DNA of 64,000 bases from NCBI RefSeq assembly GCF_009914755.1, contig NC_060925.1; one strand, given 5' to 3'. Positions 15,694 through 33,046 of the stretch are shown here, one piece after another. The first letter of the stretch is position 1; every line of letters begins with the position of its first letter. The notes under the pieces are model-generated. The model saw only the letters and a program-made list of their open reading frames with translations, was not told the DNA's origin and did not search any database. Origin of the DNA: the human T2T-CHM13v2.0 reference genome, Homo sapiens. A program made the translations under genes and the position numbers.

Positions 15694-17020
15694 ACCCCAA
15701 ATCTCATGGTGGCATTGGAATTATTTGCAGACAACTCAGTCCTTTTGGCTTTCAAAGTAGGTCTCAGCAAAGGAAGACGCAAGCTACTGGTTTAGGATTA
15801 AACCTGGGGAATCAGACTGGTCTGGACACTTGGTTTGCCAAGAGGCCTGGTAGTGGAGAATTCTGTGACTGGCAAATGCCTAGGAGGCAAAGGAGTGAAA
15901 GTCTTGAGTTCTGAGAGAGACAACCTTTGGGTTCCTTAGGCACTAGGCAGTGGCCCAAGGCACTGGGATCTTATGTAAATGGCAGAGCGCCCCAGGAGCT
16001 TCAGGTATGCTTATCTGCTCATCTAATGGAGCCAAGGAGACAATCTGTTTAGATAACAGGTTGCAAGAGATAATGGACTCTGCTGGGAATGGCATGTTCC
16101 CTCCTGGGGGGTAACCCTTAGATCTTGGAATTTGGCTGAGAGAAGGAGGCAATGCATGGTGCTCCTGCAGAGGTCTGAAAAACAGCTGTGGAGTGCCTCA
16201 CATGGTTTTCATCATGGCCTGAAAGTGTTCTCTCTCTCCATTGCCCGCCCCACCCCCCAACCCATTTACTCTAAAAGTAAAAATAAATATGTTAAATATT
16301 TTGGAACCACCCACTAAATAGTAATTATAGATGGTAGTAACTAATTACACTATTATCTATCACTTTTTAAGTGCTTCTGGATGGCCAGACCCAGTGTCAG
16401 GCTGCTCTCATGACCCTGAGAATCCAGAGGAGGGGTCTCCATGTGACACATAAGACTTGCACAGGTAGAGAACTTCATTCTTTCATTCACTTGCCCACTA
16501 TTCGGGAAATGTTTATTGAGCCTTTTCTATATTCTAAGAAACTGTGCTGGTGCCTCAAAGAGTTCATAATTTCCCACAACAAACAAGGGGAAGTGATATA
16601 ACTAAAAGTTACTTTGATTTTATTTTATTGAAATTGGTGGAGAAGGATGGCCTCTATACCAGAGAGGAAATGCTGCGGCACCGGGTTTTTAGCACAAGTC
16701 AAAAGAAAAAAATCTCCTTAAACAAACTCTGGGGTGGAAGGAGGTGGGATGGGGAATATATGGAGCTAAATGTATTTTTGGAACCTGCAAAGAAGAAAAA
16801 AAACAAAACCAAAAAGCCCAACTTAGTACTTCTTTTTCCAGGGTTCTTTCCTTGGTCTGTTTCCTAGCATCTTGTGCTAGCCTCTATCTTAGAACAGTAT
16901 TTGTAAAATACTTACTTGTCTGTTTCCAACAAACTGCAAACAGATTATAGTCAGACTCCTTGCAGGTAGAGGATATTTTATTTAACTTTTTTTCTCTAGT
17001 ACCTGAAGCATTTTAAAAAG

Positions 17021-17215
17021 CTCTTTTAATTTGAATGAAATGAAAAGATGACTGACTGAATGAATAAATGGATGGATGAATAGATGGTTGGAAATCTCTT
17101 TTAATTTAAATAAAATGAACGGATGACTGACTGAATGAATACATGAGTGGAAGCATGGATAGATGGATGGATGAATGGATGGATGGATGGATGGATAGAT
17201 GGATGGATTTCTCTT
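17021..17215. repeat. Tandem duplication of a ~75-bp unit containing (TGAA/TGGA)n
   Basis: CTCTTTTAATTT...GATGACTGACTGAATGAATA occurs twice. Confidence 0.9.
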
Positions 17216-18098
17216 GGGTGATTCTCCTGTACACATAAGCAGAGACATACAGATTCACACGGAGAACAAAATCACACAAATTTATATATATTCCCAGAGA
17301 AACACACATATAAAGACATTGTTCTCATTACCAAAGCCCTCCTTTCTCTTGGCCTAGCCATCTTATGTGGCCACTTCACCCATCCCCATTCATCTTCTAA
17401 GCTCAATTCTATCAGCTAAGCCCCCTCCACCACCACCACCACCACCATTCTAACCTCCCTCTCTCAGCTGACACAGGTAACAGTGAGCTGACAAGTTGAT
17501 CTAACAGTATGCCTAGAACACCAGGGGAGCTTCCAGAAGTCCTGGCTTTTTGGCTCTCTACGGCTCTGGAAGGGATTTGTCCCACCTATGTTGTTCTTAT
17601 TTGGGGCAATTTTAACCTGGGCAGGAGAAAGGGAGGCAGGCTCCTGGAAGTGATATTCAGATAGGATGAAGATGTGAAGACCACTGAGTTTCCTCAAAGT
17701 ACAGACCCCTGTTAGGTGTGAAGGAAGCAGAGAGGAACTAACTTTATGGAGTGTCTTTGATGTCCCAAACATTCTGCTAGATGTTTAAGTGAGATGGCTC
17801 ATCTAATCACCATGAAAATGAAAGTTTCCACAGAGGTGCTATTATTCTCATTTTGCAAATGAGGAAGCTGAGGCTGAGAATGAAAAGGGACTTGGCCAAA
17901 GCTAATAGCTAAGAAGTGACTGCCACCGGCTTAGGAACTATTCAGATTCCTGATGCTGAGGCCAACAGACATATTTCATTTCTTCCTTCCAGGCCATATT
18001 CTTTCACTGAATATTTACCAAGTGTCTATTAGATATACAAAGTACTGGAAGCCCAAACGTGGGATAGAACCAGTCTTTGTCTTTAAAACATGTATATT

Positions 18099-18730
<632 letters not shown>

Positions 18731-18911
18731 TATGACAGAGGAAACAAATGGTACATTATTGTAAGATATATGAGAGAAATGCTCTAAAAGAGATATCAGC
18801 AAATTTCTTAGAAGGTTGGAAGAAGGACAGAACACTTCCTATTGAAGGAAAAATGCAGCATTGAGCTGGGTCTTGAAGGGTGAGTCTTATTTTCCCAGAA
18901 GAAGATGATGC

Positions 18912-20056
18912 TGTTGGAGAGAAAAAAGCTTTTTCTCTACCCTCTTATGGTTAGTGCTTGAGGGTCTGCATATTAAACTGACAAAAGACAGATTAGCAAG
19001 GCAAAAGACAGATTTTTGTTCACATATATCAAATGTATGTTGGCATTCATAACCACTCAAGGAGGCAGTTGTTAATAGAATTTGGAGCGTGTATACTATC
19101 TTAACAGGAGAAGAAGGGTACTTACAGGAAAACAAATGTTTTTTAGGAAAGATAAATGGGCCCTTAGGAGTGTTGGGGCTCAGAACCTGATACCCCAAAG
19201 TATGGCACCTTGGCATGCTGAGTACTTTGAACTGAAGGACATTGGAAGGACCTCAGAAACAGGGTTTCTCTGACCTCTTCCTACCCTCCTATCTCCTGTC
19301 TCTTTTTCTTCGCCTAAGTAAATGAGTCATAGAAACCAGAACTCCTCTTCCCCAAGGTGGGTCATAGAAACCAGAACTCCTCTTCCTCCAAGCATGCCAT
19401 AAAACCTAGGAAGTCCACTCTTCTCCTTCTGTCTTGAAGAATCTCATTCCAGAGGAGTCCAGCCTCATACCCAGGAGGAAGGAATGTTACATAGGGAGGC
19501 CGAGAAGAATCTGAACAGAAAGGCAGGCCTGGCTGGGTTTCTCCTGTCAGTCTGTTAGCATTAGATCATACCTTTTTGTCTAATCACATTTCTATATGAC
19601 TGTCAGTTCTTCATCAAACCTAAGCATAAAAACAGACAATTTTCCCTGGGTCTTTGGCTCTTTATTTCTCAAGGCTCCCATGTCACATAAAACTTTGGTT
19701 AAATACATTTGTCATGCTTTTCTCTTGTTCTCTTGCCTTTTGTTATAGGAGTGTTGGCCATGATCCTTATGATGGGTAAGAAAAGTTATTACACCTTTCC
19801 TCTTCTACAGGAGGGTAGATGGGAGACACCATAGTTTTGTGACAATGTCTGTTTGTCTGGGTAGGAAGCTGATAAGAGAGTCAGTCTTCCCTCGTTGCTA
19901 CCAAAGAGGGGATTTACAATGACAGTTTTGTTATCTTGACTTCTAATAGGAGGCTGTGCTCTTAGGCAGATAATGAAGGAAAAAAAGCACATTCTCAAAT
20001 GTTTTTAACTCAAAACAACTTTTATGCTACAATAAAATATTTTAGACCCCCTTAAT
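18912..20056 (-). mobile_element. MER34-group ERV1 solo LTR (outer), split by a nested LTR
   Basis: TGTTGGAGAG terminus; ACAAAAGACAGATTAGCAAG is shared with the other MER34-like LTRs in the window. Confidence 0.65.
19171..19809 (+). mobile_element. MER39/MER34-group ERV1 solo LTR (nested, complete)
   Basis: TGTTGGGGCTCAG...TACCCCAAAGTATGGCACCTTGGCATGCTGAG start, CA end, 4-bp TSD GGAG. Confidence 0.85.
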
Positions 20057-20271
20057 ACAGAGAAAGGCAAAAATGTCTGAATACTTATTACTAATAAGTA
20101 ATACTTAATACTTTGTGAACATTATGCCAGGAATATCTCTTACCTTATATGAAGCAGGATGTTTTGACAGGGCTCTTTTGACTCCCTGGCATTTAGAAAT
20201 CCAAAAAAGCAACCATTACGTTTATAGCTCCTTCTTCGTCCAGTCATTATCATCGCCATCATTATCATCAT

Positions 20272-21536
<1,265 letters not shown>

Positions 21537-21538
<2 letters not shown>

Positions 21539-21582
21539 TCATCATCATCATTATCATCATCATCATCACCATCATCATTATC
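21537..21582. repeat. (CAT)n microsatellite
   Basis: Direct reading; a related tract lies at 20245-20271. Confidence 0.95.
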
Positions 21583-22162
21583 TCCTACTCACTCTTCCTT
21601 GAGCCTGAGGTCAGAGGTAAACTGTTTGAAGAATTGATATGAAGGTCAGCACTGGGGTGGCAAATGATAATTGACATATTAGTTGATTTTTATATTAAAA
21701 ATCTAAAAGTTGATCTTTTTTGGAGGGTCACATGGAACTGTGAGTTGTGTCAGGGGAGTCTTTAGGAGTTAACACCATGGCGGAAGACACGGAGGCCAAA
21801 TCAAGAACTACAGGACTGCCCCTTGTGGCAGCAACTTCCCCAGCCAGAGCTAGACCAGAAACTACTGGTAGACCTACCTGGAATTCCACTGCTGCCAGAA
21901 GGCAATGACTGCTAAAGGGGGTTATGTCTTTGTGCGTGAATGGTACATGTGGACAAGACTCTCTGCCCTATATTATGGGACTTAGCCTGGGACAAGTACC
22001 AGGCAGAAGGCATGTTTCCTGGGAAGATCTGAGCTTGCTCCACCCCACCTCTCTTCTGTCCTTTGTTCTTCTCCCAGGATGGTAAAGAGGGACCTGGGTA
22101 CATAGTGATCCCTATCCTGGGACCCTGAATCATGACTTAACTAGCAATAACAACTCATTGGA

Positions 22163-22355
22163 AGCTGTGTATGATGGCATGCACCTGCAGTCCCAGCTAC
22201 TTGGGAGGCTGAGGCAGGAGGATGGCTTGAGCCCAGGAATTTGAGTCTGTAATGCACAATGATTATGCCTGTAAACAGCCACTGCCCTCCAGCCTGGGCA
22301 ACATAGAGAGACCCTGTTTCTAAAACAAACAAACAACAACAACCAACAACAAAAA
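22163..22355 (+). mobile_element. FAM fossil Alu monomer
   Basis: Retains the 7SL-like GCCTGTAAACAGCCACTGC segment that dimeric Alus lack; TSD ACTCATTG. Confidence 0.85.
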
Positions 22356-23414
22356 TACTCATTGAAAATGTGTAAAAAAATATCCAAAAGTTTAGGCTTT
22401 TTTTTTTTTAAGGTCATAGAATAGGAGTAAATGCTAAATGTCTCTGGCATTACAAATACTCATATACCTACCTTATAGGCCATGAGGAAATGTCTTTTTG
22501 TCTTCTAGAGGTTCTGACCTCAATGCAACATGTCCAGTAAGAATGACAGGGTCACTTGAAATAAAATTCTTAGAGGAATGAATCTCAGGTCTATAACCTG
22601 AATAGCTTTATTTTAAAAAAATACAAATAGGTGATTGGACATAAGAATGAATTTCTGAATTCTTATTTCCAGAAGCTGCGATCTTGGCCTGCAAATCTCA
22701 AGCTACAAAGTAGAATGATGAACTTTCTGAGAAGAAACACAGGTGTAGATTTAACTCTTGGAAAATGAGGGCAGAAACACATCAAAAGGGGACCCCTGGA
22801 GTGAGAAGCATTAAAGATGAATTCTTTCTAGAACTATAACAGCCTGGAATTTTGACACATTCTGCAACTGACACTCAGTGAGCCCTCACGGTATGGAAAT
22901 AATACTTAAAAATTTTTTAATGTCTTAGACTTATTTGAGGAAAAGAAGGAAGGTGTAATTATTACAATAAAAGTTTTTTAAAGATTTAATAAACTCTAAA
23001 TAACTTAGCCTAGTCAAAGTTCTGAAAATTATTGCTTCAAAAATTATAACCATGATAAATATGATTTTTGATAATATTTTTATGACTTCTGAGAAGTTCA
23101 TAGGGATTTCATTTGAAACAATAATATCCACCACTTAGTATGTTCACCGATGACTTGTAAATTGGCAAGTCTGAAAAAAAGGCTAGTGTTTGAAAATAGG
23201 TTTTGCAAATTAATCTTTTTCCCAACATGAATTTGTAATGCAAGTCCTTTCTTGAAGTAGTGCAAAATGAAGAAAACAGATATTTTAAAAGAAAATGAAA
23301 ATGTAAATGAAATACAATTATGCAGTAGGACCAATCACTGCTAGTCTCTAGGATGTATTTGTGGAAATTTGAAGAAAGCCCTTTTTCTTTAGGATGTATC
23401 TAGGATGTAACTAG

Positions 23415-23903
23415 TGACAGGGTTCAGGACATGACATCCTAAAATATAGCACCTTGGCATTTGAGAAAACAGCAGAAACAGGAAGCCCACCCTCACCTTT
23501 CTCTGGCCTTTCTCCCCTGAAGAAGGTTCTCTCTGTCTTTATTTCTTCTTCCCTGAACACCCTCATGTGATAGGTGTCCACTCCTATACTCCCAGAGAGA
23601 AAGAATGTCATCAGGGGACACCAAGAAGAAACTGAACAAACAGGCCTTGCTATGTTCCTCCCAGTTTATTACCATTAGATCATACCCTTTTGTCCTCCAG
23701 TCATACTTTGGTGTAATTGTCCACAAAAATACACAAATTCCCGCATTTCTTTGAGTTTTCATTTACAAAGGCTTCTGTGTCACATAAAACTTATACTAAA
23801 TACATTTATATGCCTTTCTCTTATTACTCTGTCTTTGTTACAGGGGTCTTAGCCATGAACCTTGGGTTGGGTGAGAAAAAGATGTCACATTTTCTGCCCT
23901 ACA
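23415..23903 (+). mobile_element. MER34-group ERV1 solo LTR
   Basis: TGACAGGGTTCAGGAC...GCACCTTGGCATTTGAGAAAACAGCAG start, CCCTACA end, TSD CTAG/ATAG. Confidence 0.85.
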
Positions 23904-24099
23904 ATAGCAAGGCCACAGAGAACACAGCTTGACAAGAGGTGCATGGGCTGGGTTTTAGCCCTTAACCACTTTCTACTGGACGCTCTTGTGTATGATACAA
24001 CCTGCCCAAGATTATTGTATGTCTGCCCTGCAGAATGACATGAAAATGTGTTGCCATTTGTGTTAATACACACACACTCTCTCTCTCTCATGTGGCAGA

Positions 24100-24430
24100 G
24101 AATACACAAGGAATTGGCAACGCTGGGAGCCTCTGGGGAGGAGAACTGGATGAGGAGGGTGGGAAAGAGACATTTCCTTGCATAACCTTTGCATTGGTGC
24201 TTTTTGAATTGTGTAATTATTATACATACATATTACTTATTTAAAATAAAATAAAATAAGCCAGGTGTGGTGGCACATGCCTGTGGTTCCAGCTACTCAG
24301 AAAGCTGAGGTGGGAGGATCCCTTGAGCTCAGAGTTCGAGGCTGCAGTGAGCCAAGATTGTGCCATTGCACTCCAGCCTGGGTCACAAAGTGAACCTCTG
24401 TATCAATCAATCAATCAATCAATCAATAAA
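24100..24430 (+). mobile_element. L1ME-like 3' end plus Alu right-arm monomer (24260-24430) with (TCAA)n tail
   Basis: CCTCTGGGGAG...TTTTGAATT L1ME-end motif; FRAM/AluJ motifs. Confidence 0.7.
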
Positions 24431-24931
24431 TAATGTAAAGGAGCTTTTGTTTAGAAGTAGAGAATAAAGCAAACACACACATGAATCTTAAGAAGCGCAG
24501 TGTGCTGTAAGGAGTAACAACAGTACTTTAACTACAGGGCCTGAATCACATTCAGTGACCAGACATTGGAGGCCTGAGGAGATATTTCAAGTGGGGAGAG
24601 AATGGGGAGTGAAGGGCCAGAGGTCAGCAAGGGGACTCTGAGAACTCAGTAGGCCTGTTTGGCTGCATTGTGGGTCTGTGCGGGGCGGGATGGTAGATAA
24701 AGTTGGTAGGAGTCTGGAACCACAATGTGGAAGGCCTAAGTTTCTAGGCTGAGGTGTATAAAGTTTGCATAATAGATAAAAAAACGAAAGACTTTTAGCT
24801 GGAGATGGCATCCGATCTCTTCTCTAACAAATTTAGGTATTATAGGCCTTCTTGGAAAAAAAAGAAGTTTTTACAAATAAAAAGATTTTATTACATTAGC
24901 AAACACTAGCAATATTATTTCTGAGATTTAT

Positions 24932-24933
<2 letters not shown>

Positions 24934-24967
<34 letters not shown>

Positions 24968-25547
24968 AGACAGAGTCTGTCGCCCAGGCTGGAGTGCAGT
25001 GGCGCGATCTCGGCTCACTGCAAGCTCCGCCTCCCCTGGGTTCACGCCAGTCTCCTGCCTCAGCCACCCGAGTAGCTGGGACTACAGGCGCGTGCCACCA
25101 CGCCCGGCTAATTTTTTTGTATTTTCAGTAGAGACGGGGTCTCACCGTGTTAGCCAGGATGGTCTCGATCTCCTGACCTCGTTATCCGCCTGCCTCAGCC
25201 TCCCAAAGTGCTGGGATTACAGGCCTGAGCCACCGCGCCTGGCCGAGATTTATTCTTTTTTTTTTTTTTTTGAGACGTAGTCTCGCTCTGTTGCCCAGGC
25301 TGGAGTGCAGTAGCGCTGTCTCAGCTCACTGCAAGCTCTGCCTCCTGGGTTTTCATGCCATTCTCCTGCCTCAGCCTCTCAAGTAGCTGGGACTACAGGT
25401 GCCCGCCACCACACCTGGCTAATTTTTTGTATTTTTAGTAGAGATGGGGTTTCACTGTGTTAGCCAGGATGGTCTCCATCTCCTGACCTCGTGATCCACC
25501 TTGGCCTCCCAAAGTGCTGGGATTACAGGCATGAGCCACTGCGCCTG
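24934..25547 (-). mobile_element. Two tandem AluY elements at one target site
   Basis: Both have CTGCAAGCTC and GTTAGCCAGGATGGTC; GATTTATTCTTTT flank occurs three times. Confidence 0.95.
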
Positions 25548-25666
25548 ATTTATTCTTTTTAAAATAATAAAACTTTTTTCTCAATGTTTTTACACTAAGT
25601 AGAAACCGGAGTAATCAATTAAATTTTTAATGTTGACTTTGAAATGCAGTAGAAACAAGAAAGGTT

Positions 25667-25977
25667 TTATTTTTATTTATTTATATTTTTAGAGACAGGG
25701 ACTTCCTCTGTCACCCAGGCTAGAGTGTAGTGGCTGGCTCATTGCTCACTGCAGCCTCAGATTCCCAGGGCTCAAGCAGTTCTCCAGCCTCAGCCTCCCA
25801 AGGAGCTAGGACTGTAAGTGTGCACTATCTTGCCCAGCTAACTTTATTTTTATATTTTGTAGAGATAAGATCTCACTATGTTGCCCAGGCTGGTCTTGCG
25901 CTCCCGGCCTCAAGCAAGCCTCCTGTCTTGGTCTCCTAAAGTGCTGGGATTACAGATGTGAGCCACCACACTCAGCC
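25667..25977 (-). mobile_element. AluJ
   Basis: Diverged antisense Alu. Confidence 0.9.
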
Positions 25978-26940
25978 CCAAAAAGTTTTATTCCCAACTC
26001 TGACAAGCAAGAAAACTCCAATAAAACAAAATAAATAAGATCAAGAAAGAGGAACCTAATAATGACAAAAAATGTTGAAACCAGAAAATACGATTCTTTA
26101 CAAGTCAGGATTTGAGTGATTATTATGGAAATAAAAATAGACTTCCAAATCTGAGATTATGAATTTCTGTATAGTAGGAGTTTCTTTCTTCTCTTTAAAC
26201 CTTTAAATGTATTAATTTAAAATTTTGTGTGCATAAATGCTTTTTATAGATTATCTTCAGTAAATGAACTGTGTGTATCATATACAGATCTGGAGGAATA
26301 GAAAGTGTATTTAAATTAAAATGAGAAGCTTAAATTGGATAGATGTGAATGAAATGCTTCATAGAAAGTATCCATAGAAACCACTTAAAATAAAGAGAAA
26401 TGTTAATTCTCTTTGTAAATTGAACTCCCAGAATCAGAATGAGCTTGAGACATTTAATGTAGGTGGGATACTCTTTGGCCTTATCTATATGAAACACACT
26501 AATTGACAATTATATTTTTTGGCCATGGTCTCAGCTGATAGTCACAACCAATTTGTAGCCATAGAGTTGATGGGATTCAGCTAGTAAAATTGCTAAGCTA
26601 TATTGGCCCAACTTGTTGATTTAATCAGGTGTGTGATCAGCAATTCATGACTGTAGTGTCCCAACCTTTCGGCAGTTTCTTGACAACACAAAAAATTAAA
26701 TTTTAGCTACATGTGATAGTGATTATAAAGTAATTAGTGGACACCACTAAAAATCATTTGTAAAAGAAAAAATTTTCCTTTGCAAACTTCCAACAAAAGT
26801 TTCTATTTTCCATGTTCCTTTCCAGGCCCCAACACAAACAGAGATGTTTTACATTTGCTGCGGTCAGAGTGTTCAGAATCCAACATTCTGCTTCTGTTGA
26901 TATAAATATAATGTTAACATTTTCTGGTTGCTACATTTTC

Positions 26941-27244
26941 TTTTTTCTTTTTTTTTTTTTTTTGAGATGGAGTCTTGCTCTGTCACCCAGGCTAGAGTGC
27001 AGTGGTGCAATCTCGGCTCACTGCCAGCTCCGCCTCCTGGGTTCACACCATTCTCCTGCCTCAGCCTCCTGAGTAGCTGGGACTACAGGCACCTACCAGC
27101 ACGCCCGGCTAATTTTTTGTATTTTCAGTAGAGACAGGGTTTCACCATGTTAGCCAGGATGGTCTCGATCTCCTGACCTCGTGATCCACCTGCCTCAGCC
27201 TCCCAAAGTGCTGGGATTACAGGCGTGAGCCACTATGCCCAGCC
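26941..27244 (-). mobile_element. AluY-like
   Basis: GTTCACACCATTCTC, GTTAGCCAGGATGGTCTCGATC. Confidence 0.95.
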
Positions 27245-27454
27245 CATTTTCTCTTAATTTCTTAATTTTTCTTTGTAATGATCACAGATGATATAACTAA
27301 GTTGATCATTTTAGAAATAGTAACTATTCATTATTACTAAATGTAATAATCCATTAATTGCTAACTGTGTAGTTTTCCTACTCTTCCCATTATGGTAGTT
27401 CTCTTTCATATTCTAGCAGATATATTTTAGATCTGCCATTTATAATGGCCTCAG

Positions 27455-29500
<2,046 letters not shown>

Positions 29501-29973
29501 ACCTGATGGTGCACACCATGGTATATATGGACAATTATCACATGGCTATAGGGCTATATGGTGTGGTTTGCAGTCCTGGAGGACACCAGCTCAGGGAAGA
29601 GTCTTCATATTTTTTTCTGTTCAAATAAATTGATAGCAGTGATAGTTTATTGTCAAGTTCTTATTTTACTTTCTCTGCAGGTGAGAAAATACTCATTGAG
29701 TCCTAGTGAATTCAGTTTCAAATTTAATAGTCATTAACATTAGCTTTTCTAATTAGAATCAAAGGATTTTAGAGCTGGAAATGCTGAAAGAGAATCCTAC
29801 AATATGATTTGGTCACATATGAGATGGGACCACTGGTAGCATGCAAAAGAAAGTTAGGTGAGATAACTTGAGGTAGTACACAGACAAGATGTTAAATAAA
29901 ATATTGAGTAATGAAAAAGTTGTTTCCTTTTAGATCCTCTTTCCACCTGGTTATACTGAGTGAAAAGTTTCAG

Positions 29974-30286
29974 TTTTTTTTTTTTTTTTTTTGAGATGGA
30001 CTCTCACTTTGTTGCCCAGGCTGGAGTGCAGTGGCACTATCTCGGCTCACTGCAACCTCCGCCTCCCGGTTCAAGCGATTCTCCTGCCTCAGCTTCCCGA
30101 GTAGCTGGGACTACAGACACCTGCCACCAGGCCTGACTAAATTTTTTGTATTTTTAGTAGAGACTGGGTTTCACCGTGTTAGCCAGGATGGTCTTGATCT
30201 CCTGACCTCGTGATCCAACCTCGTGATCCGCCCGCCTCGGCCTCCCAAAATGCTGGGATTACAGGCGTGAGCCACCGCGCCCAGCC
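29974..30286 (-). mobile_element. AluSc-like with a 13-bp internal tandem duplication
   Basis: ACCTCGTGATCC repeated; TSD TCAGTTT. Confidence 0.95.
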
Positions 30287-30639
30287 TCAGTTTGTTTTTT
30301 GGTATGTCTTCAATATACCCTAACTACCTTGCAGAGCCTTTAACCAACTTGCGTATTTTCCAGTTTAACATAAGGTTAGCCTAAGGCTCAGAGCCTTAGG
30401 TAGATAAGAGTATCTAGCTAGAATTTAATGGCTTTGTTTTTTCTTTATCTTTATTTTTTTATTACCATCCTTTTAGAGCAAGTCATTTTGGGTTTTAATT
30501 TAATAAGGTTTAATTTTAAAATATTTTATTTGCTTTTAAAAAGTACAGTGATTTAAAGAAAATAGTTATGAAATAATAGTATGAATGGTATGACGATATG
30601 GCAAAAGTAATAAAATGAAGGACTGAGGTTTGGGGAAAA

Positions 30640-31000
30640 AATGACTTAATTCTATCCCTAATTTAGAGGTAGAAAAATCAAGGCATAGAGAAATTTGATT
30701 TGCTGCAGATAGTCGTAGTCAGACTTAGACTCTGGTCTTACTCTCAATTCAAAAGTCTCTCTACTACAGCCTAACGAGTGCTAAAGTGTAACACTGAATG
30801 TCTTAACATTAGGGCCTGCCTCTGAAGCCAGACAGATCCAGGTTTAAGCTCCAGCATCATTCCAGCCTAGCTGTATAATCATGGACAAATTGCTTAACTT
30901 CTATCATCCTTGGTTTCTTCCTTTATGAAATTGACACACCTATTTCACCTACTTAATATTTCATGAATATTAAATGAGATAATATTTAAATAGTTAAAAT
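30640..31000. mobile_element. Two MIR fragments
   Basis: GCCAGACAGATCCAGGTTTAAG, GGACAAATTGCTTAAC, ATTAAATGAGATAAT. Confidence 0.65.
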
Positions 31001-32899
31001 GGCTGCTGACCCTCAATAGACAGACCTATTTTTATTAGCTGAAGTTACTTTTACTGAACTGCAGAGCATTTGGAGCAAAAGGATCTTCCTTCCTAGCCAA
31101 GGCTTGGCTCCAGTGTGTGTGAACTGCATCTGCCACTTGGATCCTTACTTAATTAAAGGCTGGAAACCATTGCATTTCCCTGGAGGAGTCTAACTCGTCT
31201 CTGGTTGCAGGGAAGGGAGGTAAAAAGTGTTAACTGGGAAACTTATGCAGCCAAGGGTTAAAATAGCTGAAGAAGAATTCTGGCCTCTGATGTCTGTGAT
31301 GCAAAGCCAAGTGTGTTTGCCTTTGTGAGCCCAGGAATGCTTTTGGTGAGTCTTGTTTGTTGTGGAAACTGACTTGATCAAAGTGGGGAGAATTAAAATG
31401 ATCCATCAGAATAATAGTCAAGGCTGTATATGAAGTCCCCAGACAGAGCCTTGAACCTGAAGGCTCCCACTGAGGACAGACAAGTCAGCTGACAGCAACT
31501 GGGAAGAAAAGAGTCTCTTCAGGCAGACGGTGCAGCTGGGAGATAAAGACTCTGGGTAGATAAGAGTTCAGATTTGGTGAGGTGCAGTGGTGACACAGAA
31601 TGCTGACCTCATGTTTTTTTAGGATTCTTGCAACACCAAGATTGTGGCTTTTAGCTGTCAGTTTTTGAGAGTGAAGTTACTAAGTGAAGTAGGCACTTTT
31701 TGTAGTAAAGCATTTGGGAGTGGAGAAACTGTGCTAATTGCACTGGAGATCCTGTGCTAATTGTTACCAGAGTGTTTTAAGGCACAATGTCACACTTCTC
31801 CCCATATTAATTTACAAATATTGAAACATTCTCATTATGATTAGGCAGTATTAAGGGATCCTAAGTGGCTGGTGCTATTTTAGATTGTTTACTCAGTTTG
31901 TTCCTCCCAGATGAGGATTGGTAAAACTGATATTTTATCAAGTATGAAATGACCTTGGAGCCTCCTGGTTGCTAAGTTAGAATGCATAACCAAGGCAGCC
32001 CAGGAATCTAAAGCAGAAGGGTTGGAGATGCAAAAAATGTCTGGTCTTGCTCATATATTTTAGCGATGGGAAAACTGAGGCCTGGAGGGAGGAGGCAACT
32101 TGCTCAATATTATAGTCAAATCACCTGCCTTTTGGCCTGTTGCCATGACAAAGAAGCTACAGAAAATGGAGCAGTGGTCTAGAATGCTGCCCACATGAGA
32201 CAATGTCACCTTCTGGGCATTTGCAACTTGAAATATTGCAGGCGTATCACTCTGTTTTTAGTTTTTGACAATAATAATAATCCTGCGTTTTGTTTGCTTT
32301 TTGCTTTTGTGTGTTTTGGTTTATCTTTTTATCTCGACTCCTCCCAGGATACCCTTCACCAAGACTCTCCTATGCAGGTAGATCCAGAGTGAAGCCTTTA
32401 GAAAGATCAGTAATTCACCCAATACTGTTTCCAATGAGAGAATTTCATAATCATTTCTCATGTTGAGTGCTTTACAAATCACAAAGCTCTTTAAAATCTA
32501 TTCTCCCACTAATCCCTGCACAGCCTTAGAGGGAGGCAGAGCATTCATTTCATGGATGCAGTAGGTAAGACAGCCAGCGGCTCACTTTGGGTCACACCAC
32601 CCCAGAGCCACTGAGCCGCCCCACCTGGGGCTCCAGTTCCTGGGGACAGTCAGAGTGCAGCACCTCTCAAAGCAAGCAGAGCGAGGCCAAGACATGTGGA
32701 GAAGCCTGCCAATCCCTCAGGATACATTCTCTGAGCACTCGACTTGGTGGGAGTTTCAGGAAATTCTGCAACAAGGCAGAGGGAGGAGGCTGGGAGAAGT
32801 TGAGAGAAATGCTCAGACAGTATGGGGGAGGAGGAGGCAATCTGGAAATCTTGCACTGAAAAAGGTAAGAATTCGGGAAAGGTTTAGACATGCAGGATG

Positions 32900-32994
32900 C
32901 AGACTTAAGAGGTGAAATCCCCGGGAAAATTCGTTTCTTTTCTAGGGGCTCCCAGCAACGGCTTCCATGAGGAAAACGTTTGACATACTGCATT

Positions 32995-33046
<52 letters not shown>

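Noticed and set aside
19324-19390. Direct repeat GTCATAGAAACCAGAACTCCTCTTCC x2 (CRISPR-like at first glance)
   Set aside because: Only two copies, inside an LTR in eukaryotic DNA; an internal LTR tandem duplication.
31729-31763. Short direct repeats (CTGTGCTAATTG x2; likewise AAGAAAAGTGCTTT x2 at ~47243-47273 and TAGGATGTA x3 at ~23349-23409)
   Set aside because: Consistent with ordinary slippage micro-duplications; no array structure.
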